A DNA stretch of 64,000 nucleotides, from positions 7,657,337-7,721,336 of the forward strand of contig CM082586.2 of NCBI GenBank assembly GCA_040954595.2. The letters run 5' to 3'. The stretch's first letter is position 1. Each line of letters starts with the position of its first letter. The notes under the pieces were generated by a model. The model was not told the DNA's origin. It saw only the letters and a list, made by a program, of their open reading frames with translations, and ran no database searches. Made by a program: the position numbers and the translations under genes. Below, piece by piece: positions 52,201-64,000 of this stretch. Source of the DNA: Balanoglossus misakiensis. Taxonomy: Eukaryota > Animalia > Hemichordata.

Positions 52201-53765
52201 GTTTATACAACACATGTATAGTAACTTACAATCTGTTTTAAATGTCTTAAGTCTTGTGATACAACTGACCTCATTCTCATAATTTGAAATAAAAACAAAT
52301 GGGATGGATTGATATTTTAGAAGTACCACTGGGGAATATAACACCTGTAGAAAAGTATATACATGAGGTCATGAACTTACCACCTAGTTGTCCTCCCAAA
52401 GCAGCTAACTCTGGTGGCAAACCACCAGTACGACTACCACTTGAAGATCCTGGAGGTGGTGGATTATTCAAATAGTCATTGACTTTCTTACTATATTCTT
52501 CATCTTTGTCAGTTTTAGGTTCCTGAAATAAAACAATATACATGTACACAGTCATTTTGCTTGCAAGCACCCTTGGTGTTTCTGTCTGAGAGAAGCATTT
52601 CTGGTATGGCTTAGAAGTATCAGAGAGTGGGAGAATTTTCATTTGCAATTACAAAGCTCACACAGAATCATTTAGATGATGAATAAGAGAATCATTTCAA
52701 GTGGCTTTTACTGGCACAAATAAACTTTGTATACCAAAGTCCCAATACCCATGGGCCATTGGGAAACAGCTGCTGGGAATGTATGGTGACACGCCCCTGG
52801 GCATTGAAGTAGTATCAAAACTGTTCCCAATCCTTTACCTGCATCCAAAAGAAGAACTTGCGACTGGATGACTTGAACTTCAAGATATATACTCGACCAG
52901 TTGTACATTGTGGCACACGCTTGAACTCACAATCATCAGGGAAGATAATCAAATCCTGAAAGACAAAGAGACAGATGATCATTCTGTTCATTATATATTA
53001 CTTGTATATTTATTGGGGGTAATGGGTGTTTAATGGGGAAACCCAGGAAGTGCCCTGGAGTAGGAACCGGATCAGGTGCAGTATTCAATCACTCAGCAAC
53101 CAGTCTGGAATCCAGACCCCAGTGTGTTTTAAATAGACTCACACACATAGTTAGACATAGTGAGTATATGTCTATCTAAAACACACTGGGGTCTGGATTC
53201 CAGGCTAATTACTAGTGGGTCTCAGTCTAGCCTGGTCTCCATAATACCCAGTGTAGACTCCTTTTGTGTGAGTCTATCTAAAACACACTGGGTATGAAGA
53301 CCAGGCTAGTCTCAGTCTGACCTCCTCCATCATGTGATCTGACTCAGCATTTTCACAGAGCCTGAAACCGGTTCGATATACTCGTGTTGTTTTTAACATA
53401 ATCCAGTGAGTCTAGGCGTACACGCCAACACAGTACAACATGACATGCTCGCATGCCCAGGCACTGGCGGGTTTCGCATTTCATTCGCAGCACTTCATGT
53501 GAAACATGAGAGCGCGTTTCTTTCATCACGCGCGCGATGAGAAGCCGGGATAACTCACGTCCTCAACGGAGCCGGTGGTGCGGTCCTTCCAACAGAAATG
53601 AACCAGGGAATCCTCCGATTGGTGGACATACACCAAACCCTTCCTCTTGTCTGGAGTAACGGTCGTTCCCTTCAGATGCATTTTACCTGCGCGGAATTCG
53701 ACCAAATTCTTGCTTCCCGACCGACTGCCAGTGGCAGCAGAACCGAACAGAGCTCCAGACGCCAT
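49271..53765 (-). CDS. ADRM1: Proteasomal ubiquitin receptor ADRM1/Rpn13; 10 coding exons: 53765-53559, 52955-52839, 52522-52381, 52102-52019, 51752-51671, 51485-51232, 50884-50837, 50469-50309, 49951-49849, 49395-49271
   Basis: Pru domain ([27 protein letters not shown]...[28 protein letters not shown]...[14 protein letters not shown]), Gly/Ser/Thr linker with [16 protein letters not shown] region ([13 protein letters not shown]), acidic C-terminus DDDEGMSVD*; GT-AG junctions. Confidence 0.96.
49693..49784. mobile_element. ~90-bp piggyBac-like MITE
   Basis: TTAA-cctttcacc...ggtgaaaggg-TTAA; homologous copies elsewhere in the window. Confidence 0.7.
50973..51064. mobile_element. ~90-bp piggyBac-like MITE (opposite orientation to the 49693 copy)
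   Basis: TTAA-ccctttcacc...ggcgaaaggg-ATAA. Confidence 0.7.
53101..53308. mobile_element. Two adjacent related fold-back MITEs (53101-53207, 53228-53308); the second has TAG...CTA ends and a 9-bp TSD (AcademH-like)
   Basis: First: cagtctggaatccagaccccagtgtgtttta / taaaacacactggggtctggattccaggcta. Second: tagcctggtct...agaccaggcta, flanked by gtctcagtc at 53219-53227 and 53309-53317. Confidence 0.65.
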
Positions 53766-54809
53766 GTTTCTTCTAATCTTTCATCAAATTGTCTCGCCAT
53801 TTTTAGCACACAGGTTACAGTGATATATTTGTGTAACTTACCCGAACGTGTACTTTAGAAAAATGTTAATTATACTCAAATTAAATTAATATTTTAATAG
53901 CGCAAAAACGTTTATTCGTTTTATAATTATGCATGCTATCAACTCAAAATTTTGAAATTTCGAACATACAGTTTAAAAATACCGTGTACTACTAAAATAA
54001 GTGAAACGCACTAACCGCTAGGGGGCGCCCGCAGGTTGGCACAATGAACATGAAATCAAACAGCAAGATGTCTGGAAACCAATTTATTTTGTGATAACCC
54101 ATGCCTTAGCAACTGCTATCAGTGGCATTGGTGTTTATATATTGCTGCCATGTAAATTTAGGAACAAATTTACAAACTTATTCCAGGAAAGTAGCTATAA
54201 TTTATAGCTATCATATACATATAAACGGCAAAAGTTATCACAAATTCCCAGTAAACCGTTATTACGTGCGCGCAAGCTCTCTTCTTATATTGTAGAGCAA
54301 GAGTAACAACATTTCATATGCTGCAAGTAAGTTTCTCCACAACAGTTCTATACATGGCGGGTCTATTCGTACCAATAAGTTTGAAAAATATTAAACTGCA
54401 GTACATGTAGTGTAATTCAAATGACACGAGTTACATGTACATGACTTGAGAAAATTTCAAAATGCCATTAATATATAATGACATTTTACAATTTAGTTTT
54501 GAAACTAAGGTTAATTTATGTATTCCATTCATGTCGAATGAATGAATGAATGAATGAATGTTGATTGGTGCGCTTGATGCGACGCGAGACATGCGCGAGA
54601 CCCTTATCACCGTTGGCGAGCGCCCTCAAGTGGCGACATTGCAATATCTTACTTGGCAACTCAACCGAGTCCAGTCAGCTGGGCAAAGCGCCTGGCCTTG
54701 GTGATCACCACCATACCATCTAATGATTCTATGACGTACTTGTATGTGATCCCGCAATACCACTGCACTGCGACACCCAACAGGGATCTTTAGACAGTAG
54801 CAGTGTATA
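53766..54809. promoter_or_regulatory. Divergent promoter region between ADRM1 and ABHD3-like
   Basis: Head-to-head ATGs ~1 kb apart. YY1-like AAAATGGCG on the minus strand at ~53795-53803. CTCF-like CCGCTAGGGGGCGC at 54015-54028 (+) and CCACTTGAGGGCGC at 54620-54633 (-). Confidence 0.6.
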
Positions 54810-57800
54810 ATGTTTGGAAGATTCGCAGAATTGGCCATGGCTTGGCAACCTTCAAGTTTGCCAATATTAGTTGGATGTGGTGCTTTGTATCTGACGTATT
54901 ACTTGCTCGTCGTCGTCAAGGTACGTTAAAATTACAGTTACATGCGTTTGCAAGATGATTCTACACGAAGGTCACCTTGCATGGAACATGAAGGTCACTG
55001 ACCGTATATGTATGTTGACGTGGGCATTTTTAAATACATGTACCATGCAGTACATATACCAATTTTTCTGTGCAGTGAACAGTTTACATGTGCATGTATA
55101 AATTGCATAACAATCAGTACCTGTCCCTTTAAACTCTTCTTGCAACCTGAAAGTTCAGCCTGACCTTCATACACGCATAAGTCCCCCGTGGTTGGGCACT
55201 CCCATAGACGATCTTTATGGGTGCATCTACTTTACACAGGGATTTTGAAAAGTAAGTGTCTCTAGACAGATTCCATGTATTGGGCCAATTACATAAAGAA
55301 TGCCAGGTGTCAATCATCACATGTCAATCAATTTGTGTGTCAAAGAACTCACATTTTAGTCACTTGTTGATGATCATAATCATCATGTCTTTAATTGTTA
55401 TCATTTCAGAAACCTCAGTTGATTGGTAAAGACAGACGGCTTATTGACTTTTTGTACAAACACTGTCCGGTGCTAACCGAGAAGTACTGGCCAACGTTTT
55501 GGTGTTTTGAAGCCAGAGCGAACACTATAGTGAGGTCAATACTGAAGACTAGCAAGACAGTTGACTACAGAAGGTAAGGTACACGTAGTCAAAGTCCAAC
55601 ATTTTGTTTCTTTTGCTTTGTAGACAATATGCCAATGAATTGGTACTTTCTTATTGACAGGAAAAGCAGTTAGCAGCTTGAAATTATGAATAATGAAAAT
55701 AGCAAAATTGTACTCTGAGGTTTTTTCATTTTTTATTTTTTGTCAAAAAGTGTAGTTTCCAGAAATTTTGTGTCTGGTTGCTTCGAAATTTATAAATGTT
55801 GGCATTCCCTTATAGTTTGGTACAGTAATTATTTTTATTTGTTAAACAATTATCCAATTTAAAATTTATTTTTTAGGTTTCTTGTGATGGCTTCAATTGG
55901 ATATATTCAAATTACAAAAAATTTACTAATAAAAAACGAACCTTGATACTATGATAGCTCAATACAATGGACATGAGTCATGCTTGCATCACTTCTTATC
56001 AAAATGGGAGATCAGTGTCATTGAGACTGCATTTTTTTATCTTCGGGGAAACAAGGTTATAGATTGACAGACACTGTCTTCCGCGTAAACACACCACAGA
56101 TTTGACCACTTTTAAATTGCCGTCATCAAATTTCAGTTGTTTTATTTTAAATACCATTTGCCATATCTAGAAATATTCTGACCTTGATGCAAGCCTTATG
56201 GCCAATAGAGAGATAATATTTTTAGCTTGTGCTAATTCAAGTATTAAATATACATGTACATTGTATTTGCATGCATGCATGGATGTCTGTTCACTGCCTA
56301 TTAAAATTTGAAAACCATATCTTGTGTTACAATGGTGTTTGGTGTAGAGATGCAACCACAATGCTGATGTACACAGTGGTAGTTTAGTGAACGAGCTTGT
56401 TAATGTTAGAAGTGTTTTGTGTATTTGACAGGGAAAAGTTGGAGACTGCCGATGGTGGTGAAGTGTATTTGGATTGGTTAGACAATGAGGAGAGTGAGAA
56501 TTACAGTGATAACAAGACAAGACCAACGGTCATTATTTTACCAGGACTAACTGGTATGTGCTTCTTTGGAGTTTGGAATACTTGTCTTTTTTTGCCGGAG
56601 CTTCATGGAACCTTTTTAAATTAAATATTTTTCTTGTACAAAGAATCAGTGGGTCCTGGGACCCAAGCATTTAATAGGTTTTGCAGTATGTTTTTCAGTT
56701 GTTTAACTTCTAGGAATTTGTATATTGGAAGAAAGGATAGACTGAATCATGGAAGTTTTATAATAAGGTTGCAAAACTATTTTGGACATCAGGAATTCTC
56801 AACATATCTACATATACGTGACATAGACCTCTGCATGTATCCCTTGGAGCTGCTTATTGTGATCACTTGTAGTAAACTGTCTATGGTATTTTGTTGCTAA
56901 CTTTGCTGTTGATTGAACCCTTTCACCCCCCAGTTCCCTCTTTAGAGGTCCAACCTTACCATAAAAACAATGGGTTTAGGCTGAACCATGGTGATGAAAG
57001 GGTTAAAGATAGCTTTATACTAAGCCATACTTTCATTGAATTCAGGTGACAGTCAGGATAAGTATATACTTCACATGGTTCAAAATGTTGGCCAACTTGG
57101 ATATCGTGCTGTGGTCTTCAACAACAGAGGGAATGGAGGCGCTCAACTGAAGGTAAGTCAAATTCATTTTGATGCTATGGTAATCTGTTAAAATGTTTTA
57201 GACAGCCAAAAATCATCAATCTCGAAGCCAATATTACTTGCTGCATTTGTACTATGTCTGGTATTAAGCATATTAAACTCATTCAACTTTTTTCACATTT
57301 TTTTATTTTTCTGTTACGAAGTTTCAGAATGACCCATCATCACTTTAGCTTATGTACTTCCATTTCTTATAAACATGGTCAGCCATCTTGAAATTGTGCT
57401 GACCATATGAGATTTTCATCACTCACTTAGGTAGCAAAAGCATATTTAAGGTAGAGAGAATTGTTCCAGTTCTACAGTCTACATATTGGAGAATCAGACT
57501 TACATCTTTTTTTCTTGCAGACACCAAGGACATACTGTGCCACCAACACTGAGGACCTTCACATGGTTGTACAGCATATTAAGAGCCAGTATCCAAACGG
57601 TCCATTGATTGCTGTTGGTGTGTCTTTGGGAGGGTGAGTATAACATAAACTTATTCTGATGCATCATAAAAGTTTTGAACTTTATAATCATTTTCATTTC
57701 CTTTCATGTGGTATATTAATTTTAATGAAATGCCAAAATTAATTATATCAGTTTCAAAAATGTACTACATGTACATGTACTGCATATGACCCTGAGTGCA

Positions 57801-59608
57801 TGTATTGTGTCTGAAAATTTGCATGAAAATTTGCATGACTATCCAAGCATAGGATGGAATCTGTGTCTAGAGTTGAATGACATTGTGAGATAGTCATCAT
57901 TAACTGCTCGAAAGAAGAAAATTAATATCACGTGGGGTTGATACTGGGGGAAAGATAATGGCAGATAGTTAATGTTATACTACAAGTATCTGAATGTAAC
58001 CTAGAGTTGCAAAAAATAGATGTGCAGACTTATTCAGGAAGGTCGTTTTGAAGGTCATGTCTGAAAATGATGGTATTTCAGAATGATTTTATCTGAATTT
58101 GTTTTATTTCAGAATGATTTTATTTCACTACATTGCTAAGACTGGCCAAGACTGTCAGCTGCGAGCTGGTATGGTCATCTCCACCGCATGGAATGTTTTC
58201 AAGACGACAGAATCTCTGGAATCGACTGTTAACTATCTTGTCTTCAATCAATTCTTGACTGGTCTGCTCAGAAATGCTGTGCAGAGGTGGGTCACCTGCT
58301 TGGGTACAATATAGTCAATTTTGAAAAAGGATAAGGAGGTATAGCTACAGGGGGTGTAATTTTCGTTGAGTAAATCTTCTGTACACGCGGAAAATGATCT
58401 TTTATTTCTAATATTTGTATAAGCTGATGATTCGAGAATTGCTTGGAAATTGGGTAATTTTTAGAATGATACTGGATTTATTCAAGTGTTGCAAATATTA
58501 CATAAGGATTTTATTTTTATTAACCTGCAGGCATATCCGGATGTTTGAAAGCCATTTTGATGTAGATCATGTTATGCAGGTAGGAAACATTACATTTCAG
58601 CTGTCTTTATTAAATTGATAAATTTCTGTATGTTGATCCACCACGTTAGTACCATGATTAAATTCTTCATGAACCTGTCATTTTGCATTTTACTTCCTTG
58701 TTATTTTTGGCACCAATAAACTCCCACAAAATGAGCTCATCTCTCCAGGCTGTAAATAACAATTTTTTTTTAATATTTCAGTCACGGACCATCAGAGACT
58801 TTGATGAGAGGGTGACCGCAAAGATGTTTGGTTATGACAGTGTGGAGCACTATTATACCGAGGCAACTCTGAGCGACAAATTAGATGCTGTGAAAATTCC
58901 TGTCCTCTGCCTCACAGCTGCTGATGATCCGTTTTCACCAAAGAGTGGTAAGTAACAGGCTGATGATCATCTTATGCGCATGTGCGTAATTTTGTGTGTA
59001 CAAACATTACATCCAATACAAATGTTCTGTAAATTTTGCGTTCGATGTATTCAAATAGTGGACTGTCTTTGCTTCCACATTTCATGCGCACCGTACAAGT
59101 AGACTTAAGTTTTGTCCCTTATTTTCACCCAATTTGCTGTCTTTTCCCGATCTCCGACACAGACTATGGTCAACGCCATCTTGTCTGTTGTTAGGACAGC
59201 ATGCTGCCTTATGGCATTGACTTATACAATTTTGTAACCAGAGTCTCTGGTAGTTATTTTTTTCATGGTACTTATAGTTACTGGTTATAGTTGTGAGTTC
59301 TTTCTTTGCTGAAACATAATGAATTTAGTTGATTGTGGTCCAAGAATTTGAATCCTTTCAAACAAAATAACTTCTGATCAATTGTGTTGACTTTTCATTT
59401 TAATTTTCCTTTTCTTTCAGCACTTCCGCTTGCAGAAGCGAAACAACATCCCAACATTGTATTTGCGGTGACATCCCACGGTGGCCATATTGGATTTTGT
59501 GAAGGCTTGTTGCCAAGGCATAAGAGCTATATGGACAGAGTGATGATCCAGTATATTGATGCAATATTTAAACATTCAGATGAAGAATTAGACTATGACG
59601 AGTTTTAA
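54810..59608 (+). CDS. ABHD3: Alpha/beta hydrolase of the ABHD1/ABHD3 (phospholipase) group; exons 54810-54920, 55410-55573, 56432-56553, 57046-57152, 57521-57633, 58113-58286, 58531-58579, 58782-58947, 59421-59608
   Basis: N-terminal TM segment then [50 protein letters not shown], nucleophile GVSLGG, AADDPF, HGGHIGF; exons join in frame with GT-AG. ABHD1 versus ABHD3 cannot be resolved by eye. Confidence 0.9.
56914..57006. mobile_element. ~90-bp piggyBac-like MITE
   Basis: TGAA-ccctttcacc...tgatgaaaggg-TTAA; closely similar to the 50973 copy. Confidence 0.7.
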
Positions 59609-61839
59609 CTAAAATTGCAACTGTACCTCCATCAGGGGAAGAAAATATTCAACACCAGAAATGCAATTGAAGTGAATCTTGATAATATTTTGGATGGAAT
59701 TTTAAGGAGGATTTCTACAGAAAAATGTTAGTACACCACAAAATGTGATTTTTGGTACTTTTGTCATGTAAATATGCCTTGTATGATGATTGGTGTTTAT
59801 CGATTTGAGAGCAGATTTTACCTGTCTCTCTTTTAATGTTAAAAAAATAAAACATTTTATGGCAAATGTTTAATGCGAAGTATTGTAAATTCATGTACCG
59901 GTAATGTGATTGAATTGCAGCAGCCATCAAGGTTCTACTAGTCCATAAACTTCCAAGGTACATGTATTATAATTTCCTTTGACTGAGTAAGAGTGAATAA
60001 TGAAGAGAACACAGCTGAAAACGCCTGCGAACGTTTTTGAATATTTTGTGGCACTTCTACAAGTGTATGCATCGAAAATATTACGCTGTCCAAAACTGTG
60101 GCAATGAATGAATTCGACCTCACAAAACAAAAAAACAAAACAGTCACTTACACGTGCCGTTGAGGGCGATGTATGATTGTGGTGTCATTGGAGGAGCTGC
60201 ATGGAGTTAATTATTATCGACGAAATGACGAAACGACTGAACAAAAGAGAAATTAATAGAAAGAAAGAAAATGAAATATATAGCAAGAAACACACTGTGG
60301 TGAGAAATGAAGCCGACGAGCAGCAAAACACGATATTACTACAGCGCCCCCAAGTTGGTAAGGGACTGGAAATAAATTATAAGGAGGGAGGCCAGTGGTA
60401 TGTTGTTGTTGTTGGGTAATAAAATTAATTCCGTTACCTTGTTTGCGTTGACAATAACATCAAAAGAACAACATAAGTTCTAGGGTTCCACAACCATGAA
60501 AACGCTGGGTTAGGGTTGGGGTTAGGCGCCGGAGGCCTAATGGGGCTGTTCTTTTGATATTTTGTACAAGGCGTCAGACAATTTGAAAAAAATTTAAAAC
60601 CGCGTTTCACGACGGCTGTATTGTATATCTGACAAAGATACACACAGCGTCCGCTTTGTCAAGGACGGTCGAACCCTTTACATCAACATCGAGGTAAAAG
60701 GTAAAAGTTGCTACGTGAATGCTGAAGAAATTCTGCCACACCCTCTGTTATTATCAATGGTGGAATTGACGCCATTATTCTCGCTGCAACCAAAGTATTG
60801 TGGAAACTTCATATACTAATTGTGTCTCCCATAAACGGCATAGCCACCTGCCTGTCCTGCATGTGAAATGTGTATACATAAACACACACTTCAATATTTT
60901 AGACGACAACATGGACGATTTTGTTGAAGACCAACGTTCCATGTCAGTAAAAAGTTTCAATACGTAAATCTTGTATTTTTGACGAAACTGAGTTATGCGA
61001 CTGTGTTGAAAAATGGCCATGTGTGTCTGTACGATTCCAAATTAAGGTTTTCAAACACCTTAACAAATCGGGTTAAACGAAGCGGAAAATGTTGATCTTT
61101 CAAGCTAAGACGATTGGGTGTATTTGTTTATGCCCATTGAATTCTTCTACTGTGCTCTGTATATACTCTCGCTGTGGACTAACAATCGCAGAACGACTTA
61201 CAAATGTACGAGTGTCCCTAAAATAGATTCAGAATAATACACCCAATGAATCCGAATTCACGATCAAGTGAACCTTCTTCTCGAAAGCCAGTGATCAAAA
61301 TGTGGAGGCGTGACTAATTAAAGGTAGAATGAACCTTTAAAATCAAAGCCTTAAATTGATCCATCAACGGATTATTGAGACTGGATGCGAAATTCTGACG
61401 TTCTCTGGGATAGTCTTGAAAGTAGGTCACGATTGAGACGTGTTTTAGTGATGTCAGAGGACGTACCGTTTCATTCTTTAGCATTCATAAACGCTTTTAT
61501 TGATATCTAGTCAGTCATGTAATGCCAGAGTTCTCCATGCCTATTTTGGCCCATTCTAATTGCGGGACTCGCCCTTCTTGAATAAAGAGAACTTCGTGAA
61601 TCTGCTCATTGTGTCGTCATTCACAGAGGAATCTTCCACGACTATATTTCAATTTACTCACAATATTTTGTCCGTTGTTCGTGAAGAATGATATGATGAA
61701 GTTGGCGCCAACACAATATGCCGTCGACACCGTGTAAAATATCAGTGCATCGTCGTCATAGACTTACATCGAAACTTTTATGAAATAACACCGCGCTGTT
61801 CTCGTGCGTCAATTATTTTCCCTGTATTCTTGAACCACC

Positions 61840-64000
61840 ATGCAGCGACGTTGTCGCAAACTTCTGTTCGCCATCCTTGTGACGCTCGCTATCACCAACA
61901 GTCTGGTCATCGTTGTACTTATAAGGGGGACTGTCTTCATGAGTAGACCTTATAGGATACCCACGCGAGACGTCCAAGATGTCCCGGTTGCTTTGAATGA
62001 AGAAGCGCCCGAAATTCTCGCCAAGGAGCACAAGGAAACCTCGCGCTCTAAGCCCGCTTTGAACGGAGAAGCGCCCGAAATTGTCCTGAAACCTAATGCA
62101 TCCGACCCAGTAAAATCTGAACCAGTGGAGAGGAACCCGGGAGACCCGCAGCTCAGCGAGACACACTTGGTGAAAACAAACGCTACGGAAGTGGACCTGC
62201 ATGATTTGGACTCGGGAAGAGCGGCCCACAACAAAACGAAATCCACGGAAATAAAACCTGATCAGCGTGGATCTCGTCTGTCAGCTGGAAAGCAAGACAC
62301 GCCTAGCAAATCCAAGAAGGACAAACCTCAGACAAAAAATAAAAGCAAAGGGAAAAAGAAGATCAAATGGAAACCAAGACCCGTACACAGATCGGAATAT
62401 CTTTGGCTTTTGGCAAAAAGTATCCACTCCAATTGGACGTTCAATGCCAAAGCGGCCGGGACTATCAGGTAAGTGAAAGTACATGCAGTCAAACCTGTTT
62501 TAGTAGCCACCTAAATGGTGGAAACTTGTCTATAATGCACGGCCACTTTCTTAAGCTTACAATACCTGTAAAATTCACACGTGCATTAATCCAAAGACAA
62601 AGATTGTCTGTGATTAATCTACCTTTCTGTAAAGATCACTTGTCAGTAAAGGCCCTTAGGGATCCGTTATTAAACAAAATAACCCGTTTTTGGAGGAGTC
62701 GTGGTAACTTTTGAAAAGAAAAAAGACACACAGTTGCAGTGGAATTCATTATCATTGATTTGTCATTCACAGATCTCTTCTGGAGAGCAAATGTAACACG
62801 TCAAAAATGATGGTGTCGACGCAGAAAAATGTACAGCTGAACAAAACCCTTTGGTATGACTCCAAAAAAGACAGCATGATGATTACCCCGAGTGAGTACA
62901 ACAGGCTGGCAAAAGTAATTGATCTTCCATTATTACCACCCTAGCCTGCAATATTTGCTATGTACCTGGACCATACACACAGATAGACAGACAATATTTG
63001 GGTAATTCTATCGTGTCTTTCCACCAGCTTGTGAGTCACCCCAGAATAATATTCCCCTCGACCTTTGAACTGGGTGACGTCAAGGTGATCCACACTAACC
63101 CACAGACTCTTCTCAGGATATACCTTACAAGGAAAAGTCATTCAAGAAATGTAGTTTAGTTGGAAGCAGTGGAATTCTGCTGGGCAGCAATTGTGGCCAG
63201 GAAATCGATTCTTCTGATTTTGTATTAAGGTAAGCATTTGCTTATATGTTCATCTCTTGGTAACTCCCTTCCATATATGGGTGCGGTACTCGTTTTATAA
63301 TGCTCGTATACACACACAAGTAAGTATATCGACATGAACTAATGTTGGTTGACAAATAAAATCGCGAAAACAATGCCAAAAGTTGCAGCTCATGGGTCTT
63401 TAATTAAAGCACTGTGGGCGGGAGGGGGGGGGGGCTTGGTCACACGAGATATGACCAAGTTACCCCACCCCAGTTCCTCCCATTCAACCCCTTCTTGTAC
63501 TCTTAAACTATTAGTATATCTTATATGCAGCAGGAACTTGTATACTCAATTTTACTCCTTTGGGCTTATATTTCAGGTACAATCTGGCAACGGTTAGTGG
63601 ATATTCACAAGATGTCGGGAGAAAGACAGACTTGGTGACGTGCAATCCGATGGGTAATCTGGTCAAAGAGTAAGTAAATAAACGGATGGGAATCACACAG
63701 TTGTGTGGGATTGATTGATTGGAAAGTACATGTATGTGTACATGTAGTTGCACTTGGATTATTTATTTATGCAAATGATCTGCACACGAACTGACACCAG
63801 GCTAAAAGTAGGAATTTTCGGCCACTGTATTTTAGCCTGGTACACACGCTCTTGAATTTTCTCCCTTTATCCACAGCTATTTTTCCAAGGGGAAGAAAGG
63901 AGAAGAAAGATTCAAAGCGTACGTGACCAAGGAATATCATAACGCCACAATTTGGATGGCAGCATTCGTCCACCATAGGACCCCTGCACCAGCATTCAAG
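61840..64000 (+). CDS. GT29 sialyltransferase, ST8Sia (alpha-2,8)-like, 5' part; exons 61840-62468, 62773-62914, 63117-63229, 63577-63669, 63877->64000
   Basis: Type II signal-anchor ([21 protein letters not shown]), long stem, sialylmotif L ([31 protein letters not shown]...[16 protein letters not shown]) and IWMAAF resembling the ST8Sia LWIPAF motif; runs off the window. Confidence 0.85.

Noticed and set aside
60512-60526. Telomere-like (g)ggttagggttggggttagg
   Set aside because: Only about three degenerate units; more likely a transposon remnant than an interstitial telomere.

Overview
Eukaryotic (animal) genomic DNA with GT-AG introns, probably an invertebrate deuterostome (inference from gene set and repeat types). 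A compact housekeeping region (3' end of URB2, complete UBA52, an SDR16C-like dehydrogenase, ADRM1, ABHD3-like, 5' part of an ST8Sia-like sialyltransferase) is split by a ~38.6 kb layered repeat block (5871-44482) just downstream of UBA52. The block is an 88-bp satellite (~20 kb). It carries a full-length L1/Tx1-type LINE and a ~530-bp tandem array capped by a Helentron/HINE-like 5' hairpin. Inside that array, three copies of a second HINE appear nested one inside another at the same site near their own 5' end (three bodies, then three stacked heads). The block is bracketed by a direct duplication of the UBA52 last exon and 3' UTR; the distal copy has lost its stop codon. All calls come from reading and translating the sequence by eye; no database search was run.
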